Source: an uncultured Thermoplasmata archaeon (GTDB taxonomy: Archaea > Thermoplasmatota > Thermoplasmata > RBG-16-68-12). From it: DNA of 64,000 nucleotides. Position 1 is the first letter of the stretch, and the number at the start of each line of letters is the position of its first letter. The notes below the pieces were generated by a model that saw only the letters and a list, made by a program, of their open reading frames with translations, was not told where the DNA came from and searched no databases. Below, one piece after another: positions 7,420-16,806 of the stretch. A program made the translations under genes and the position numbers. The stretch lies in contig CAVYJM010000018.1 of assembly GCA_963768855.1 (NCBI GenBank), positions 111,626 through 175,625 on the forward strand, written 5' to 3'.

Positions 7420-8310
7420 TCATGGCGATACCTCGGGAACCTTTCGGGGAACCGCACCCGCCTTCCCTCCCGTGCGAGCCGGGGAACCGTCCGGGGAACC
7501 GTGCTCCTTCATGTGCCGCTTGACCTCCCGGCGGAGCATGAGCATGGCCTCGGAGTTCTCCCGGACCTGGAGGGCGAGCGCCTCGAGCTTGGCGTCGCGT
7601 CCGACGGGCTGCCGCCGCTCGAAGAAGGCCTCGAGCTCGTCCCACGAGAGCTTGACCGCGGGCGGACGCACCTCGACGCGGGCGAGGGTGCCGCGTCCGT
7701 CCTCGTGGTTGTACGCCTTGAGGAGGAGACCCTCCGCGTCGAGGTAGGTCCGCGCCTCGACTCCCTCGAACCTCGCCGACGCCCCGTCCCGGAAGGCCTC
7801 GAAGGTCAGGGTGGCCTCCGCGTCCCGGTCGAAGGGGAGGCCGAGGAGGGCGAGGACGAGGTGTACCTCGGACAGGGTGAAGCCCCGCGGGGAGAGGAGC
7901 CGCAGCTCGAGGGTCGAACCGCCCACGACGACCTCCGCGGCCCCTTCGAGATGCGGCAGTGGGACCGCGGCGGTCAGCTTGTGGTCTCCGCGGTCCTTCC
8001 AGGGGCCGAGGGCCGCGAGCCGACCCGACGAGGGGAGGGAACCGGGGGAGACCGTGTCTGGGTCGGTTCCCCCGACGATGCGCACGTTCTGCAGGAGGAC
8101 GGGGCCGAGGAGCGAATCGAGGCTCGGCCGGTGAGCCTTGCGCCAATCATGAAGGAGCCGCTTCGCGTACCCCGTCGTCACATGGAGACGGGCTGCGACC
8201 TCGCCAGGTTTGCGGGCGAGCTCCGGGTGCTCGTCGAGGTAGGCGAAGACGCGAGCTCTTGCCGTGGGGGACGCGGTCGACGTTCGTTCGTCCCCCTGGT
8301 AAAGGTTCAT
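7420..8310 (-). CDS. HTH-containing protein, possible Rep_trans-like rolling-circle initiator
   Basis: N-terminal HTH (PGEVAARLHVTTGYAKRLL); TFEAFRD / KAYNH / ARVEVR echo Rep_trans motifs; GGAGG RBS before ATG 8310. Confidence 0.45.
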   Translation of the reverse strand: MNLYQGDERTSTASPTARARVFAYLDEHPELARKPGEVAARLHVTTGYAKRLLHDWRKAHRPSLDSLLGPVLLQNVRIVGGTDPDTVSPGSLPSSGRLAALGPWKDRGDHKLTAAVPLPHLEGAAEVVVGGSTLELRLLSPRGFTLSEVHLVLALLGLPFDRDAEATLTFEAFRDGASARFEGVEARTYLDAEGLLLKAYNHEDGRGTLARVEVRPPAVKLSWDELEAFFERRQPVGRDAKLEALALQVRENSEAMLMLRREVKRHMKEHGSPDGSPARTGGKAGAVPRKVPEVSP

Positions 8311-8395
8311 GGAACCCTCCGCGTCGACCATGTCAGAGAGTCCTCCGGCTGTCCGTCGAAAAATGAGAAAAAGGGTTCAGGGAACGACTATTTCG

Positions 8396-8406
8396 AATTA
8401 GGCTTT
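8396..8406. repeat. Right copy of 11-bp direct repeat AATTAGGCTTT; putative att core
   Basis: Identical to 996-1006; lies between the last element gene and the first host gene. Confidence 0.6.
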
Positions 8407-8490
8407 TGTCTCCACGGTCCGGAATGTCGCTATCCTCTGGCTCCGGAGCGGCGCCCGCTGACTCGAGAACCTGAAGGCGCGCCCCCTTCG

Positions 8491-9075
8491 CTACGATTCG
8501 CGTCGCTCGAGGAGAGGCCACAGGGCCAGAAGCAGGATGACGCACACGAGGGCGGCCGCCAGAACGAGGGCCGTGGGGATTGTGGTCACAGGGAGCGTGC
8601 CCGCGAGGGCAAGGTCCGCCGCGAGGGTCGATCCCAGGAACGCGATCCCGGAGACCGCCACGATCCGGACGAGGGAGCGCTGCAGGGCGGACCCGAGCCG
8701 CTCCCGATCCTCTGCCTCCAGGGAGCCCACGTAGAGCGGGACGAAGCGGTCTGCGACGAGCCGCAGCTCCACCGCGAAGAGCGCCAGCGTCAGGAACCCG
8801 ATCGAGGACGCCGCGTCCAGAGGCAGGAGGACAATGTGCACCGTGAGATAGGCCGCCACCAGGAGACCGAGGCCGAAGCGGCGAAGCGGGCCGTACTCGA
8901 TCCGGATCCCCAGGAGGGTCGCCGCGAGCGCGACCAGGAGGGCGACCACGAAGTCCTGGCGAAGCGCCGTCGACGGGATGTCCAGGAAGTCGACCAGCGC
9001 CCACGCGAACAGCGCGAGCGCGACGAGCACGGGCAGGACCGAGAGGATGATCGCGGTCAGGCGGGACGAGGCCAC
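8491..9075 (-). CDS. Hypothetical membrane protein of the MoxR cluster
   Basis: Multi-TM; GTG start with GGAGG RBS; overlaps the DUF58 gene end. Confidence 0.7.
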   Translation of the reverse strand: MASSRLTAIILSVLPVLVALALFAWALVDFLDIPSTALRQDFVVALLVALAATLLGIRIEYGPLRRFGLGLLVAAYLTVHIVLLPLDAASSIGFLTLALFAVELRLVADRFVPLYVGSLEAEDRERLGSALQRSLVRIVAVSGIAFLGSTLAADLALAGTLPVTTIPTALVLAAALVCVILLLALWPLLERRES

Positions 9076-10325
9076 GATCGCATCCTCCGGAGCGGCAAGG
9101 CAAGCGGCGTCTGCGGGTCCCAGTCCACGACCTGTGCCACCTGCCGCATCTGGGAGATCAGGTTGTCCCGCTCCATCCGCAGGATCCGGTACGCCGTCTC
9201 GCGCTGCGTCGACCCGGCGAAGACGTGCCGCTCGATCTCTAACGGCGACGGAGAGAGGACGGACACGTCGTAGCCGCGCGCGGCGAGGACCATCACCGCC
9301 TCGAGCGCGGACCGGTCCGTGAGCGGAGTGATGAGCACAACGAGCGCGTCCCGCGGAAAGTACCGCGTCAGGACCCAAGTGACGAAGGAGAACGGCCACT
9401 CGCCGCCTGCGCGCACGTGGATCAGGTGGTCCAGGATGCGGTAGAGCTGCTTCTTCCCGAATGCGGGCGGGACCCAGTCGAGCACGTCCCGCTGGACGAT
9501 GAGCCCGACGCGGTTCTTCGAGGCGAGGACGTGCTCCGCGACCCCGAGCGCGGCCCGCACGCCGACCTCGACCGCGTTCGCCGTGGTCGTGCCGACCGCG
9601 CTCTCCGCCCGCGCGTCCAGGAGGATCACGACGTCTCCAGACCGGTCGCCCTGGTACTCGTTCGAGTAGAGGTCGCCCAGCCGGGCGGAGACCTTCCAGT
9701 TGATCCGACGGACATCATCCCCGGAGACATACTCCCGGACGCCCCAGAACTCGGATCCCGCGCCGATGTGCCGCGACGGCACGTGTCCGAACCAGGGACG
9801 CGTGCGGCGGGGCCCGAGCTGCGCCCGTCCGAGGGACTCCATCGCCGGGGCCACGGTGAGGGTCGTGGTCGCGGGGACGATGAGGTCCTCGACCCCGAGG
9901 CCCAGCGCATCGAGGGCCCGGAGCCGCAACGGCCCGATCGGATATTCGCCTTTCAGGGTGGGCCGCACGACGTACGTGATGTCCACGGTCTCCCCCGCGG
10001 CGAGCGGGAGGATCGTGTGGTTCGACCCGCGGACGACCGCGAGCTCCGGCGGCAACGTGTCGAGGCATTCGAGGAGAGCGATCGCCGCGCCCTCGTTCTT
10101 CAGCTGGACGGCCACCTTCGCCTCCATGCCGACGGAGAGGCGGTCCCGCGACACGGTGCGCGCGACCGCCACGCCGGGCCTCGGCGGCGGGTCCAGGGAC
10201 CCGAGGGCGAGGAAGACGAGGGGCGGGAGGGACAGAAGCACGAGGGGCCAGCTGCGCAGCGCGAGTCCGGCAAGGAGGGCCGCCAGGGCGATCGCGACCA
10301 GGCCGCTGGCCAGCGGGGTCCGCAT
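9057..10325 (-). CDS. DUF58 domain protein (MoxR-associated, vWA-like)
   Basis: EFWGVREYVSGDDVRRINWKVSAR motif; downstream of moxR. Confidence 0.9.
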   Translation of the reverse strand: MRTPLASGLVAIALAALLAGLALRSWPLVLLSLPPLVFLALGSLDPPPRPGVAVARTVSRDRLSVGMEAKVAVQLKNEGAAIALLECLDTLPPELAVVRGSNHTILPLAAGETVDITYVVRPTLKGEYPIGPLRLRALDALGLGVEDLIVPATTTLTVAPAMESLGRAQLGPRRTRPWFGHVPSRHIGAGSEFWGVREYVSGDDVRRINWKVSARLGDLYSNEYQGDRSGDVVILLDARAESAVGTTTANAVEVGVRAALGVAEHVLASKNRVGLIVQRDVLDWVPPAFGKKQLYRILDHLIHVRAGGEWPFSFVTWVLTRYFPRDALVVLITPLTDRSALEAVMVLAARGYDVSVLSPSPLEIERHVFAGSTQRETAYRILRMERDNLISQMRQVAQVVDWDPQTPLALPLRRMRSWPRPA

Positions 10326-10326
10326 G

Positions 10327-11283
10327 TCACGGCACCTTGGGCACGGGCACCTGGTTCAGTACGTCCTGGAGGACCGCGGTGGTCCGCACCCCGCGAATCC
10401 ACGGGTCGGGCTTCAGGATGATCCGGTGGGCGAGGGCATACGGCGCGACGGCCTTGACGTCGTCCGGCGTGATGAAGTCGCGCCGCGCGAGGGCCGCGCG
10501 GGCCCGGGACAGCTTGAGGAGGGCCAGGGAGCCGCGGGGGCTCGCGCCGATCTCCACCTGGGTGTGCATCCGCGTGCCCGCGACGATGCTGACGATGTAC
10601 CCGTCGACCGCGGGGTCCACGTGGACCGTCTCGACGGCCGCCTGGAGGGCACGCACCTCGTCCCCGGTGGTGACTGGCCGGATGGGCATGTCGTCGGACT
10701 GGCGGGCCTCGCGACGGCGGAGCATCTCGACCTCCTGCTCCGCGGTCGGGTAGCCGACGTCGATCCGCAGGAGGAACCGGTCGACCTGGGCCTCGGGCAG
10801 CGGGTAGGTGCCCTCGTGCTCGATCGGGTTCTGGGTCGCGAGGACGAAGAACGGCGGGTCGAGCGGGAACGTCTGTCCCTCCAGGGTGGCCTGCCGCTCC
10901 TGCATCGCCTCGAGGAGCGCGGACTGGGTCTTCGGCGGCGCGCGGTTGATCTCGTCCGCGAGCAGGACGTTCGTGAAGATGGGGCCGCGCCGCATGACGA
11001 ACTCCCCGCTCTTGCGGTCGAAGACGTACGTGCCCGTGATGTCAGCCGGCAGCAGGTCCGGCGTGAACTGCACGCGGCGGAACTGGAGGCCGAGCGCGGC
11101 CGCGAAGGACTTCGCGATCAGGGTCTTGGCGACCCCGGGGACGTCCTCGATCAGGACGTGCCCGTCCGACAGGACGCCCCACAGCACGCGTTCGAGGACG
11201 GCCCGTTTCCCGACGATGACGGTCTCGAGCTCGTCCATCACGGCCTTCCCGCGCTCCGCCACGTTCCCGAGATTCACCGCCAA
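10327..11283 (-). CDS. moxR: MoxR family AAA+ ATPase
   Basis: EDVPGVAKT, RVQFTPDLLPADITG, LADEINRAPPKTQSALLEAM, ATQNPIE. Confidence 0.95.
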   Translation of the reverse strand: MAVNLGNVAERGKAVMDELETVIVGKRAVLERVLWGVLSDGHVLIEDVPGVAKTLIAKSFAAALGLQFRRVQFTPDLLPADITGTYVFDRKSGEFVMRRGPIFTNVLLADEINRAPPKTQSALLEAMQERQATLEGQTFPLDPPFFVLATQNPIEHEGTYPLPEAQVDRFLLRIDVGYPTAEQEVEMLRRREARQSDDMPIRPVTTGDEVRALQAAVETVHVDPAVDGYIVSIVAGTRMHTQVEIGASPRGSLALLKLSRARAALARRDFITPDDVKAVAPYALAHRIILKPDPWIRGVRTTAVLQDVLNQVPVPKVP

Positions 11284-11885
11284 GCCTCCATGTGGTCCAA
11301 GACTTCATCGAGCGCCGTCTCGAACCCGCCGCGCATCCGGCACTCCTGCACCCACCGGTAGCGCTCGTCCGAGTCGGTCGTCGCCAGGAAGAGGAAGTTC
11401 TCCAGGAGCGGGTCGTGGATCGTCCGCCGCAGCGCGGCCCGATCCGCCTGGAGCCGCCGCATCGCCTCGGGCGAGATGCCCCGGGAGAGGCGAGCGTGTT
11501 CCGCGAACGCCTCCCGGGCGCGCGAGGAGACGGAGACCTCGCTGTACGTCAACCCGGCGTTCGCCCGGCGGACCGCAGACGCGAGGACCGTGAGTTCGCC
11601 CGTCCGGGCACGGGGCCGTGGCACCGGCTTGACGAGAGGCTTCGGCTCCGAGGTCCGCTTGGCCACGCTGGACCATACGAAGGCCGCAAGGGCCGCGATC
11701 ACCGCGAACCCGAGGATCCATCGCACGCTGCCGCTGAACTGCGCGGCGTACAGCATGTACCCGAGCAGGAAGACGAGGCCCACGATGATCGCTGCCTCGA
11801 CGAAGAGGCGCCTCAGGAGGCGCTGGTCCTGGACTCCGCGCATCTGGGCTTCCATGCGGCTGTAGAGGTCGTTGCGGCCGAGCAC
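11274..11885 (-). CDS. Hypothetical membrane protein of the MoxR cluster
   Basis: Two N-terminal TM helices; operonic position. Confidence 0.7.
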   Translation of the reverse strand: MLGRNDLYSRMEAQMRGVQDQRLLRRLFVEAAIIVGLVFLLGYMLYAAQFSGSVRWILGFAVIAALAAFVWSSVAKRTSEPKPLVKPVPRPRARTGELTVLASAVRRANAGLTYSEVSVSSRAREAFAEHARLSRGISPEAMRRLQADRAALRRTIHDPLLENFLFLATTDSDERYRWVQECRMRGGFETALDEVLDHMEAWR

Positions 11886-11886
11886 G

Positions 11887-12843
11887 TCACACCTCCAGGT
11901 CCGCCCGGATCCGCCCGAGGCTCTGGACAGCGCGGTCGCGGTCCGCCTCCCCGAGCGCGTGCTCGCTGTACCGCGCCTCCTCGAACAGGGAGGTGAGGGA
12001 CTCCGCGGAGTCCGGCGACACGGAGAGCCGCGACACCGCGAGGTCCTCCAGCTCGTGGGGGGTGAGCGGCTCCTGTTGGGAGACGCCCCGCGCGAAGAGG
12101 AAGTAGCAGAAGCGCTCGTAGCACGCCAGGATCACCGTGCGCACGTCGCCCCCGATCTGAAGCTCGGAAATCGCGGCCTGGACCGCCTGCGCCGCGCCCA
12201 GGCGCCGCTGGTTGAGCCCCCCCATGTCCTTCGGTCGTCCGAGATTCAGGCCGACGCGCAGGAAGAGGGCCATCGCGACGATCGAGACGAAGAGGGCTCC
12301 CGCCAGGAAAACGCCGAGCGGGATGCCGCCCGGCGCCTGGACCATCGTGATGTTCGACGTCCCGTTCTGGGTCGCGTTCCCCCCGGACGAGGGAGGAGTC
12401 ACCTTCGTCACGATCTGAGGCCAGAGGAGAAGGACCGCCAGGAGCATCCCAAACGCCAGGAGCGTGGCGAGGACGTCCGCCCAGGTCGTCGGCCGCACGA
12501 TCCGCTTGACCCGAGTCCCCCGCTGCCGCAACAAGACTGAGAGGATGAACGCCAACACCAACCCGCCCAGGATCACGACGAACAGGACGGCGGCGGTGTG
12601 CGGGTCGAGGAGGCCCCAGGGGTTCGAGGAGGTCGTCCCCGAGTTGTCGGGGCCGGGCACCTGCTCGCCCCCCGTGTCAAGGTTCGCGAGGTTGAACGCC
12701 AGGGCGGCCGCGAGGAGAATCGCAAGGAACAGGAGCAGGGGGATGACCCAGGCGGCCCTCCCCCGCGGGATCCGCGGCACACGGAGGCGAACGCGGGAGG
12801 GTGACATAACGGTTTGCGGTATTGCGCGCGACGCGCGGGTCAC
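11887..12843 (-). CDS. DUF4129 domain membrane protein
   Basis: C-terminal LTPHELE...LTSLFEEARYS motif; several TM helices. Confidence 0.8.
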   Translation of the reverse strand: MTRASRAIPQTVMSPSRVRLRVPRIPRGRAAWVIPLLLFLAILLAAALAFNLANLDTGGEQVPGPDNSGTTSSNPWGLLDPHTAAVLFVVILGGLVLAFILSVLLRQRGTRVKRIVRPTTWADVLATLLAFGMLLAVLLLWPQIVTKVTPPSSGGNATQNGTSNITMVQAPGGIPLGVFLAGALFVSIVAMALFLRVGLNLGRPKDMGGLNQRRLGAAQAVQAAISELQIGGDVRTVILACYERFCYFLFARGVSQQEPLTPHELEDLAVSRLSVSPDSAESLTSLFEEARYSEHALGEADRDRAVQSLGRIRADLEV

Positions 12844-12852
12844 GGCCTCCCT

Positions 12853-13428
12853 TCATGCGCCGGCGAGCTCGGAGAAGAACCGCTTCCGTCGCCGGCTCCC
12901 GAGCCAGTACAGCACGACGGCGGCGGCCGCGGCAGCGGCTGCGAGGACCAAGGCGATCGCGCCGCCCGCCATCGCCGGGTTCGCAAGGCCGAGGAACTCC
13001 TGGGCGGCGGCGGGGGGAGCGAGCGTGGCGTTCGTCGGGCCGGACCCGGGGCCGGCGATGAGTCCACCCGAGCCGACCGCGAGCAACAGGAACGCCCCGA
13101 TCGCCGCCAAGACTCCCGCGCCCGACAAGGCAAGCACGATCGCGACCTTCTCGGGGTGCAGGAGCTTCCTCCCCTTCTGGGAGAGCTCGTAGTAGATCCA
13201 CTTGCGGCCCTCGTCGACGCGCTTCACGAGCCCCGCGGCCTGGAGCTTCTCGAGATGCTCGAGGAGGGTCGGCTTGCTCAGGGCCAGGAGCGCGCTGAGG
13301 TCCGTGACCGTCTGTCGGCGCTCGTCGAGCTTCTTCAGGATGTCCACGCGGACCTCCGAGGCGAGAGCCTTGAAGCTCTCCTGGTCCAGGGTGATCGTCG
13401 ACGGCCCGGGGAGCATCGGGGTTCGCAT
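12853..13428 (-). CDS. ArsR-family wHTH regulator with C-terminal TM helices
   Basis: FKALASEVRVDILKKL...SKPTLLEHLEKLQAAGLV plus two hydrophobic C-terminal segments. Confidence 0.85.
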   Translation of the reverse strand: MRTPMLPGPSTITLDQESFKALASEVRVDILKKLDERRQTVTDLSALLALSKPTLLEHLEKLQAAGLVKRVDEGRKWIYYELSQKGRKLLHPEKVAIVLALSGAGVLAAIGAFLLLAVGSGGLIAGPGSGPTNATLAPPAAAQEFLGLANPAMAGGAIALVLAAAAAAAAVVLYWLGSRRRKRFFSELAGA

Positions 13429-13558
13429 GGCCGGAAGGCCTCTTCAGGACATCCCCGTGATTCGGGATGAACCTAACGACCGCGTTGCGCACGTCGCACG
13501 GCCCGTGCCGGCCACAACGATAAGCCGAGGACGGTCCTCCCCCCTGCGAGGTCGATCC

Positions 13559-13927
13559 GTGACCGCGCCGGTGAAGGTGAACCTCGACGAGAAGCTCGGG
13601 GCGTTCCGCGAGCTGTGGGATCCGAAGATCGTGGCCCAGGTGAACGACGCGTCCGTGAAGCTCGTGAAGGTGAAAGGAGAGTTCGTGTGGCATCACCACG
13701 AGGAGGAGGACGAGCTGTTCCTGGTCGTCCGAGGGCGGATGATCATCCAGACCCGGGACGGTGACGTCCCGCTGCACGAAGGCGAGCTCGTCGTCGTGCC
13801 GCGCGGGGTGGAGCACCGACCCGTCGCCGAGGAGGAAGCCGCTGTCCTCTTGCTCGAGCCGAGCTCGACCCTCAACACGGGGAACGTGCGCGATTCCAGG
13901 ACGCGGGACCGGCCTGAGCGGATCTGA
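13559..13927 (+). CDS. Cupin domain protein
   Basis: GEFVWHHHEEEDELF and VPRGVEHRP cupin motifs. Confidence 0.9.
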   Translation: MTAPVKVNLDEKLGAFRELWDPKIVAQVNDASVKLVKVKGEFVWHHHEEEDELFLVVRGRMIIQTRDGDVPLHEGELVVVPRGVEHRPVAEEEAAVLLLEPSSTLNTGNVRDSRTRDRPERI

Positions 13928-13931
13928 GTCG

Positions 13932-14579
13932 CTATTTCGGGACCTTCTGCCAGTCGTCGAGGAAGCGCTTCAGCCCGACGTCGGTCAGAGTGTGCTGGGT
14001 CATCTTCTTCAGGACGTCGAACGGCACGGTCACGACGTCCGCGCCGAGCTTGGCGGCCTCGATCACGTGGAGTGGGTGGCGGATCGACGCGACCAGGACC
14101 TCGCAGTCCCAGTCGTAGTTCCCGAAGATCTGGACGATCTCCCGGATGACCTGCATGCCTTCCTGGCCCTGGTCGTCGAGGCGCCCGATGAACGGGCTCA
14201 CGTACTTCGCGCCCGCCTTGGCCGCGAGGATGGCCTGATTCGCGCTGAAGATGAGGGTCGTGTTGACCCGGATGCCTTCCGACGAGAGGACCTTGATTGC
14301 CTTCAGCCCCTCCGTCGTCATCTGCACCTTCACGACGACGTTCTTGTGGAGCTTCGCGAGCTTGCGGCCCTCCTTGATCATCTCCTCGGCCTGGGTCGAG
14401 GTGACCTCGAGGCTGATCGGTCCGTCCACGAGGGCGAGCACGTCCTGGACGACCTCGGACCACTTCCGGCCGGTCTTCGCCACGAGGGACGGGTTCGTCG
14501 TGACGCCGTCCAGGACGCCCCACGAGGCGGCCTCGCGAATCTCATCGACGTTCGCGGTGTCGAGGAAGATCTTGACCAT
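13932..14579 (-). CDS. tal: Transaldolase (TalC/FSA family)
   Basis: [34 protein letters not shown]. Confidence 0.92.
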   Translation of the reverse strand: MVKIFLDTANVDEIREAASWGVLDGVTTNPSLVAKTGRKWSEVVQDVLALVDGPISLEVTSTQAEEMIKEGRKLAKLHKNVVVKVQMTTEGLKAIKVLSSEGIRVNTTLIFSANQAILAAKAGAKYVSPFIGRLDDQGQEGMQVIREIVQIFGNYDWDCEVLVASIRHPLHVIEAAKLGADVVTVPFDVLKKMTQHTLTDVGLKRFLDDWQKVPK

Positions 14580-14703
14580 GGCGCATCGCCCGCCGCGTGC
14601 CGATAGCAGGCCCCGGTTAAGAGGGTTTCCTCCCTGAAGGAGAGCCGCCCCGACAAGGGACGGAGCAAGCTACTTATGCGGTGGCCGCGGTCCGCGCGGC
14701 TCG

Positions 14704-15945
14704 TTGGCGTCCCCCGCGTCCCTCTGGCGGCACCGCGACTTCATGCTCCTCTGGATCGGCCAGAGCGTCTCCCAGGTGGGCAACCAGTTCACGGGGCTGG
14801 CGCTGCCGCTCATCGCGGTCCTGACGCTCGACGCGACCGCGGGAGAGATGGGCCTCCTGGGCGCGATGGGCACCCTCCCGTTCCTGCTCTTCGGCCTCCT
14901 GATCGGCGTCTGGGTGGACCGTCATCCCCGCCGGCCGATCCTGTTGCTGGCGGACCTCGGGCGCGGGGCGATCGTCGCGGCGGTCGCGGCGCTGGCCCTC
15001 GTGCGGCTCCTCGGAATCCCCACCCTGTACGTCTTCGCGTTCCTCGTCGGCATCTTGACCGTCTTCTTCGACGTCAGCTACCAGGCCTACCTGCCCTCCC
15101 TCGTGGACCGCTCGCAGCTCGTCGAAGGAAACAGCAAGCTCGAGACGTCCAACGCGATGGCGGCCGTGGGCGGCCCGGTCCTCGCCGGGGTCGTGATCCA
15201 AATCCTCTCCGCCCCCTTCGCCATGATCTTCGACGCGCTCACGTTCTTCTTCTCGTCGGGCACCTTGTGGCGGATCCGCAAGGTCGAACCGCCGAAGGAG
15301 GCCCTCGTCCACGGCTCCGTCCTGCACGACGTGAAGGAGGGCTTGGCGGTGATCTTCCGCGACCGGCGCCTCTGGTCCATCGCCGGGTGCACGGGCACCT
15401 CGAACTTCGCGAGCGGCGCGATCTTCGTCGCCCTCCTCGTGTTCTACGCGGTGCGGTACCTCGGGATGAACGCTGCCACGCTGGGCGTCGCGACGGGCAT
15501 CGGCGCCCTCGGCGGAATCGTGGGGGCCGTGAGCGGCGGGGCGATCGCGGAGCGTCTCGGCGTCGGCCCGACCATCGTGGCCTCCGCCTTCCTCTTCGGC
15601 CTGGGGCCCGCGGGGCTGCTCTTCGCGACCCCCGCCACGGCCATCCCGTTCATCGCGATTGTCACGGCGGTCACCGCCTTCGGCTCCGTCATCTACAACA
15701 TCAACCAGGTCAGCCTCCGCCAGGCCCTCGTCCCGCTTCGCCTGCAGGGTCGGATGAACGCGTCCATGCGCTTCCTCGTCTGGGGCACCCTGCCCATCGG
15801 GAGCGTCGTCGGCGGCGTCCTGGCGAGCGTCCTCGAAGTGCGGACCGCCATCCTGCTCATGGTCGTCGTGGGCCTCGGGTCGTTCCTCTGGGTGTTCTTC
15901 TCGCCGGTCCGTCGGCTCCGGACCGTGCCCGAGCCGCTTGCCTGA
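14704..15945 (+). CDS. MFS transporter
   Basis: About 12 TM; GVWVDRHPRR motif A. Confidence 0.9.
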   Translation: MASPASLWRHRDFMLLWIGQSVSQVGNQFTGLALPLIAVLTLDATAGEMGLLGAMGTLPFLLFGLLIGVWVDRHPRRPILLLADLGRGAIVAAVAALALVRLLGIPTLYVFAFLVGILTVFFDVSYQAYLPSLVDRSQLVEGNSKLETSNAMAAVGGPVLAGVVIQILSAPFAMIFDALTFFFSSGTLWRIRKVEPPKEALVHGSVLHDVKEGLAVIFRDRRLWSIAGCTGTSNFASGAIFVALLVFYAVRYLGMNAATLGVATGIGALGGIVGAVSGGAIAERLGVGPTIVASAFLFGLGPAGLLFATPATAIPFIAIVTAVTAFGSVIYNINQVSLRQALVPLRLQGRMNASMRFLVWGTLPIGSVVGGVLASVLEVRTAILLMVVVGLGSFLWVFFSPVRRLRTVPEPLA

Positions 15946-15971
15946 CCGGGCTCGCGCTCGAAGGCCGACAG

Positions 15972-16027
15972 AAAAAAGGGGGAAGGAGGTAATCAGAAAA
16001 GGGGAAGGGAGGGGCCACAAGGGCCCC
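15972..16027 (-). terminator. Putative terminator of the DoxX gene
   Basis: GGGGCC/GGCCCC hairpin followed on the minus strand by pyrimidine/T tracts. Confidence 0.5.
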
Positions 16028-16037
16028 TTGTAGTCGT

Positions 16038-16619
16038 CTAGCCGAGGGTCGTCGCAATCCGCTTCAGGAGCGGCCGGCGCTCGACGAACGAGGTGTTCTG
16101 GAGGATCCCGTCCAGGCCGAAGAACCGGCCGGGCACCAGGAAGATGAACGCAACGAACACCAAGATGTAGATGATGTACGAGCTGACCAGCGCATTCTTG
16201 GAGAGCAGGAAGTCGAAGTACGAGCCTGCGAACCCAGCGGTCATCGCCGGAAGCGTGGACAGGTACAGGAGGCTCGACAGGAGGGCGCCACTGAGGCCGC
16301 CGACCCGCGTGAGGACCCCGAAGATCAGGGAAATCCCGATCAGCAACTCGCCGTAGACGAGCAGGTACTCGACGGCAGGGTTGCCCGACATGCCCGTGAA
16401 CACGGCCGCGAACGGTCCGGCCACGTGGGACAAGAAGCCCTGCGTCGCCATGCCCCCGCTCAACTCAGTCTCAATCTTTTCGTAGCCCCCGTACAGAAAC
16501 ATGAACCCGAGTGCCAGTCGCAGGGCGAAGATGGACCACGCCGTGCCGGACTTCAGGTTCTTTCCGAACAGGGTCTTCGTCAACGTCTTGTGCTCGCTCT
16601 CGCTTGCATAGGCCCCCAT
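16038..16619 (-). CDS. DoxX/DoxD family membrane protein
   Basis: LRLALGFMFLYGGYEK and GELLIGISLIFG motifs; GAGGTG RBS before ATG 16619. Confidence 0.8.
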   Translation of the reverse strand: MGAYASESEHKTLTKTLFGKNLKSGTAWSIFALRLALGFMFLYGGYEKIETELSGGMATQGFLSHVAGPFAAVFTGMSGNPAVEYLLVYGELLIGISLIFGVLTRVGGLSGALLSSLLYLSTLPAMTAGFAGSYFDFLLSKNALVSSYIIYILVFVAFIFLVPGRFFGLDGILQNTSFVERRPLLKRIATTLG

Positions 16620-16681
16620 CGGCTTCACCTCGGGAACGACCAATCCGGCGGTCGGCTAAGAGAAGTATTGACATACACTTC

Positions 16682-16706
16682 ATTCGAATATATACGGATT
16701 CGAAAT
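16682..16706. promoter_or_regulatory. TATATA box flanked by two ATTCGAA sites (putative operator of the doxX gene)
   Basis: ATTCGAAT-ATATACGG-ATTCGAAAT; AT-rich island in GC-rich DNA. Confidence 0.4.
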
Positions 16707-16806
16707 ATGGAAGGATACCACCCCCGCGACCGAGCCCCTCTCCCGGTCCCGGGGTCCTACAGACGTAGTCGATGGGCGGGGTATGTACTTGCCATTTAGG
16801 TGGACG

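Larger units (their letters stand above)
996..8406. mobile_element. Integrated ~7.4 kb virus-related element (integrase, histone-fold, RHH, terminase, Rep-like)
   Basis: Tyrosine integrase next to a tRNA, terminase large subunit, many small ORFs, 11-bp terminal direct repeats; host-type genes resume at 8491. Confidence 0.8.
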
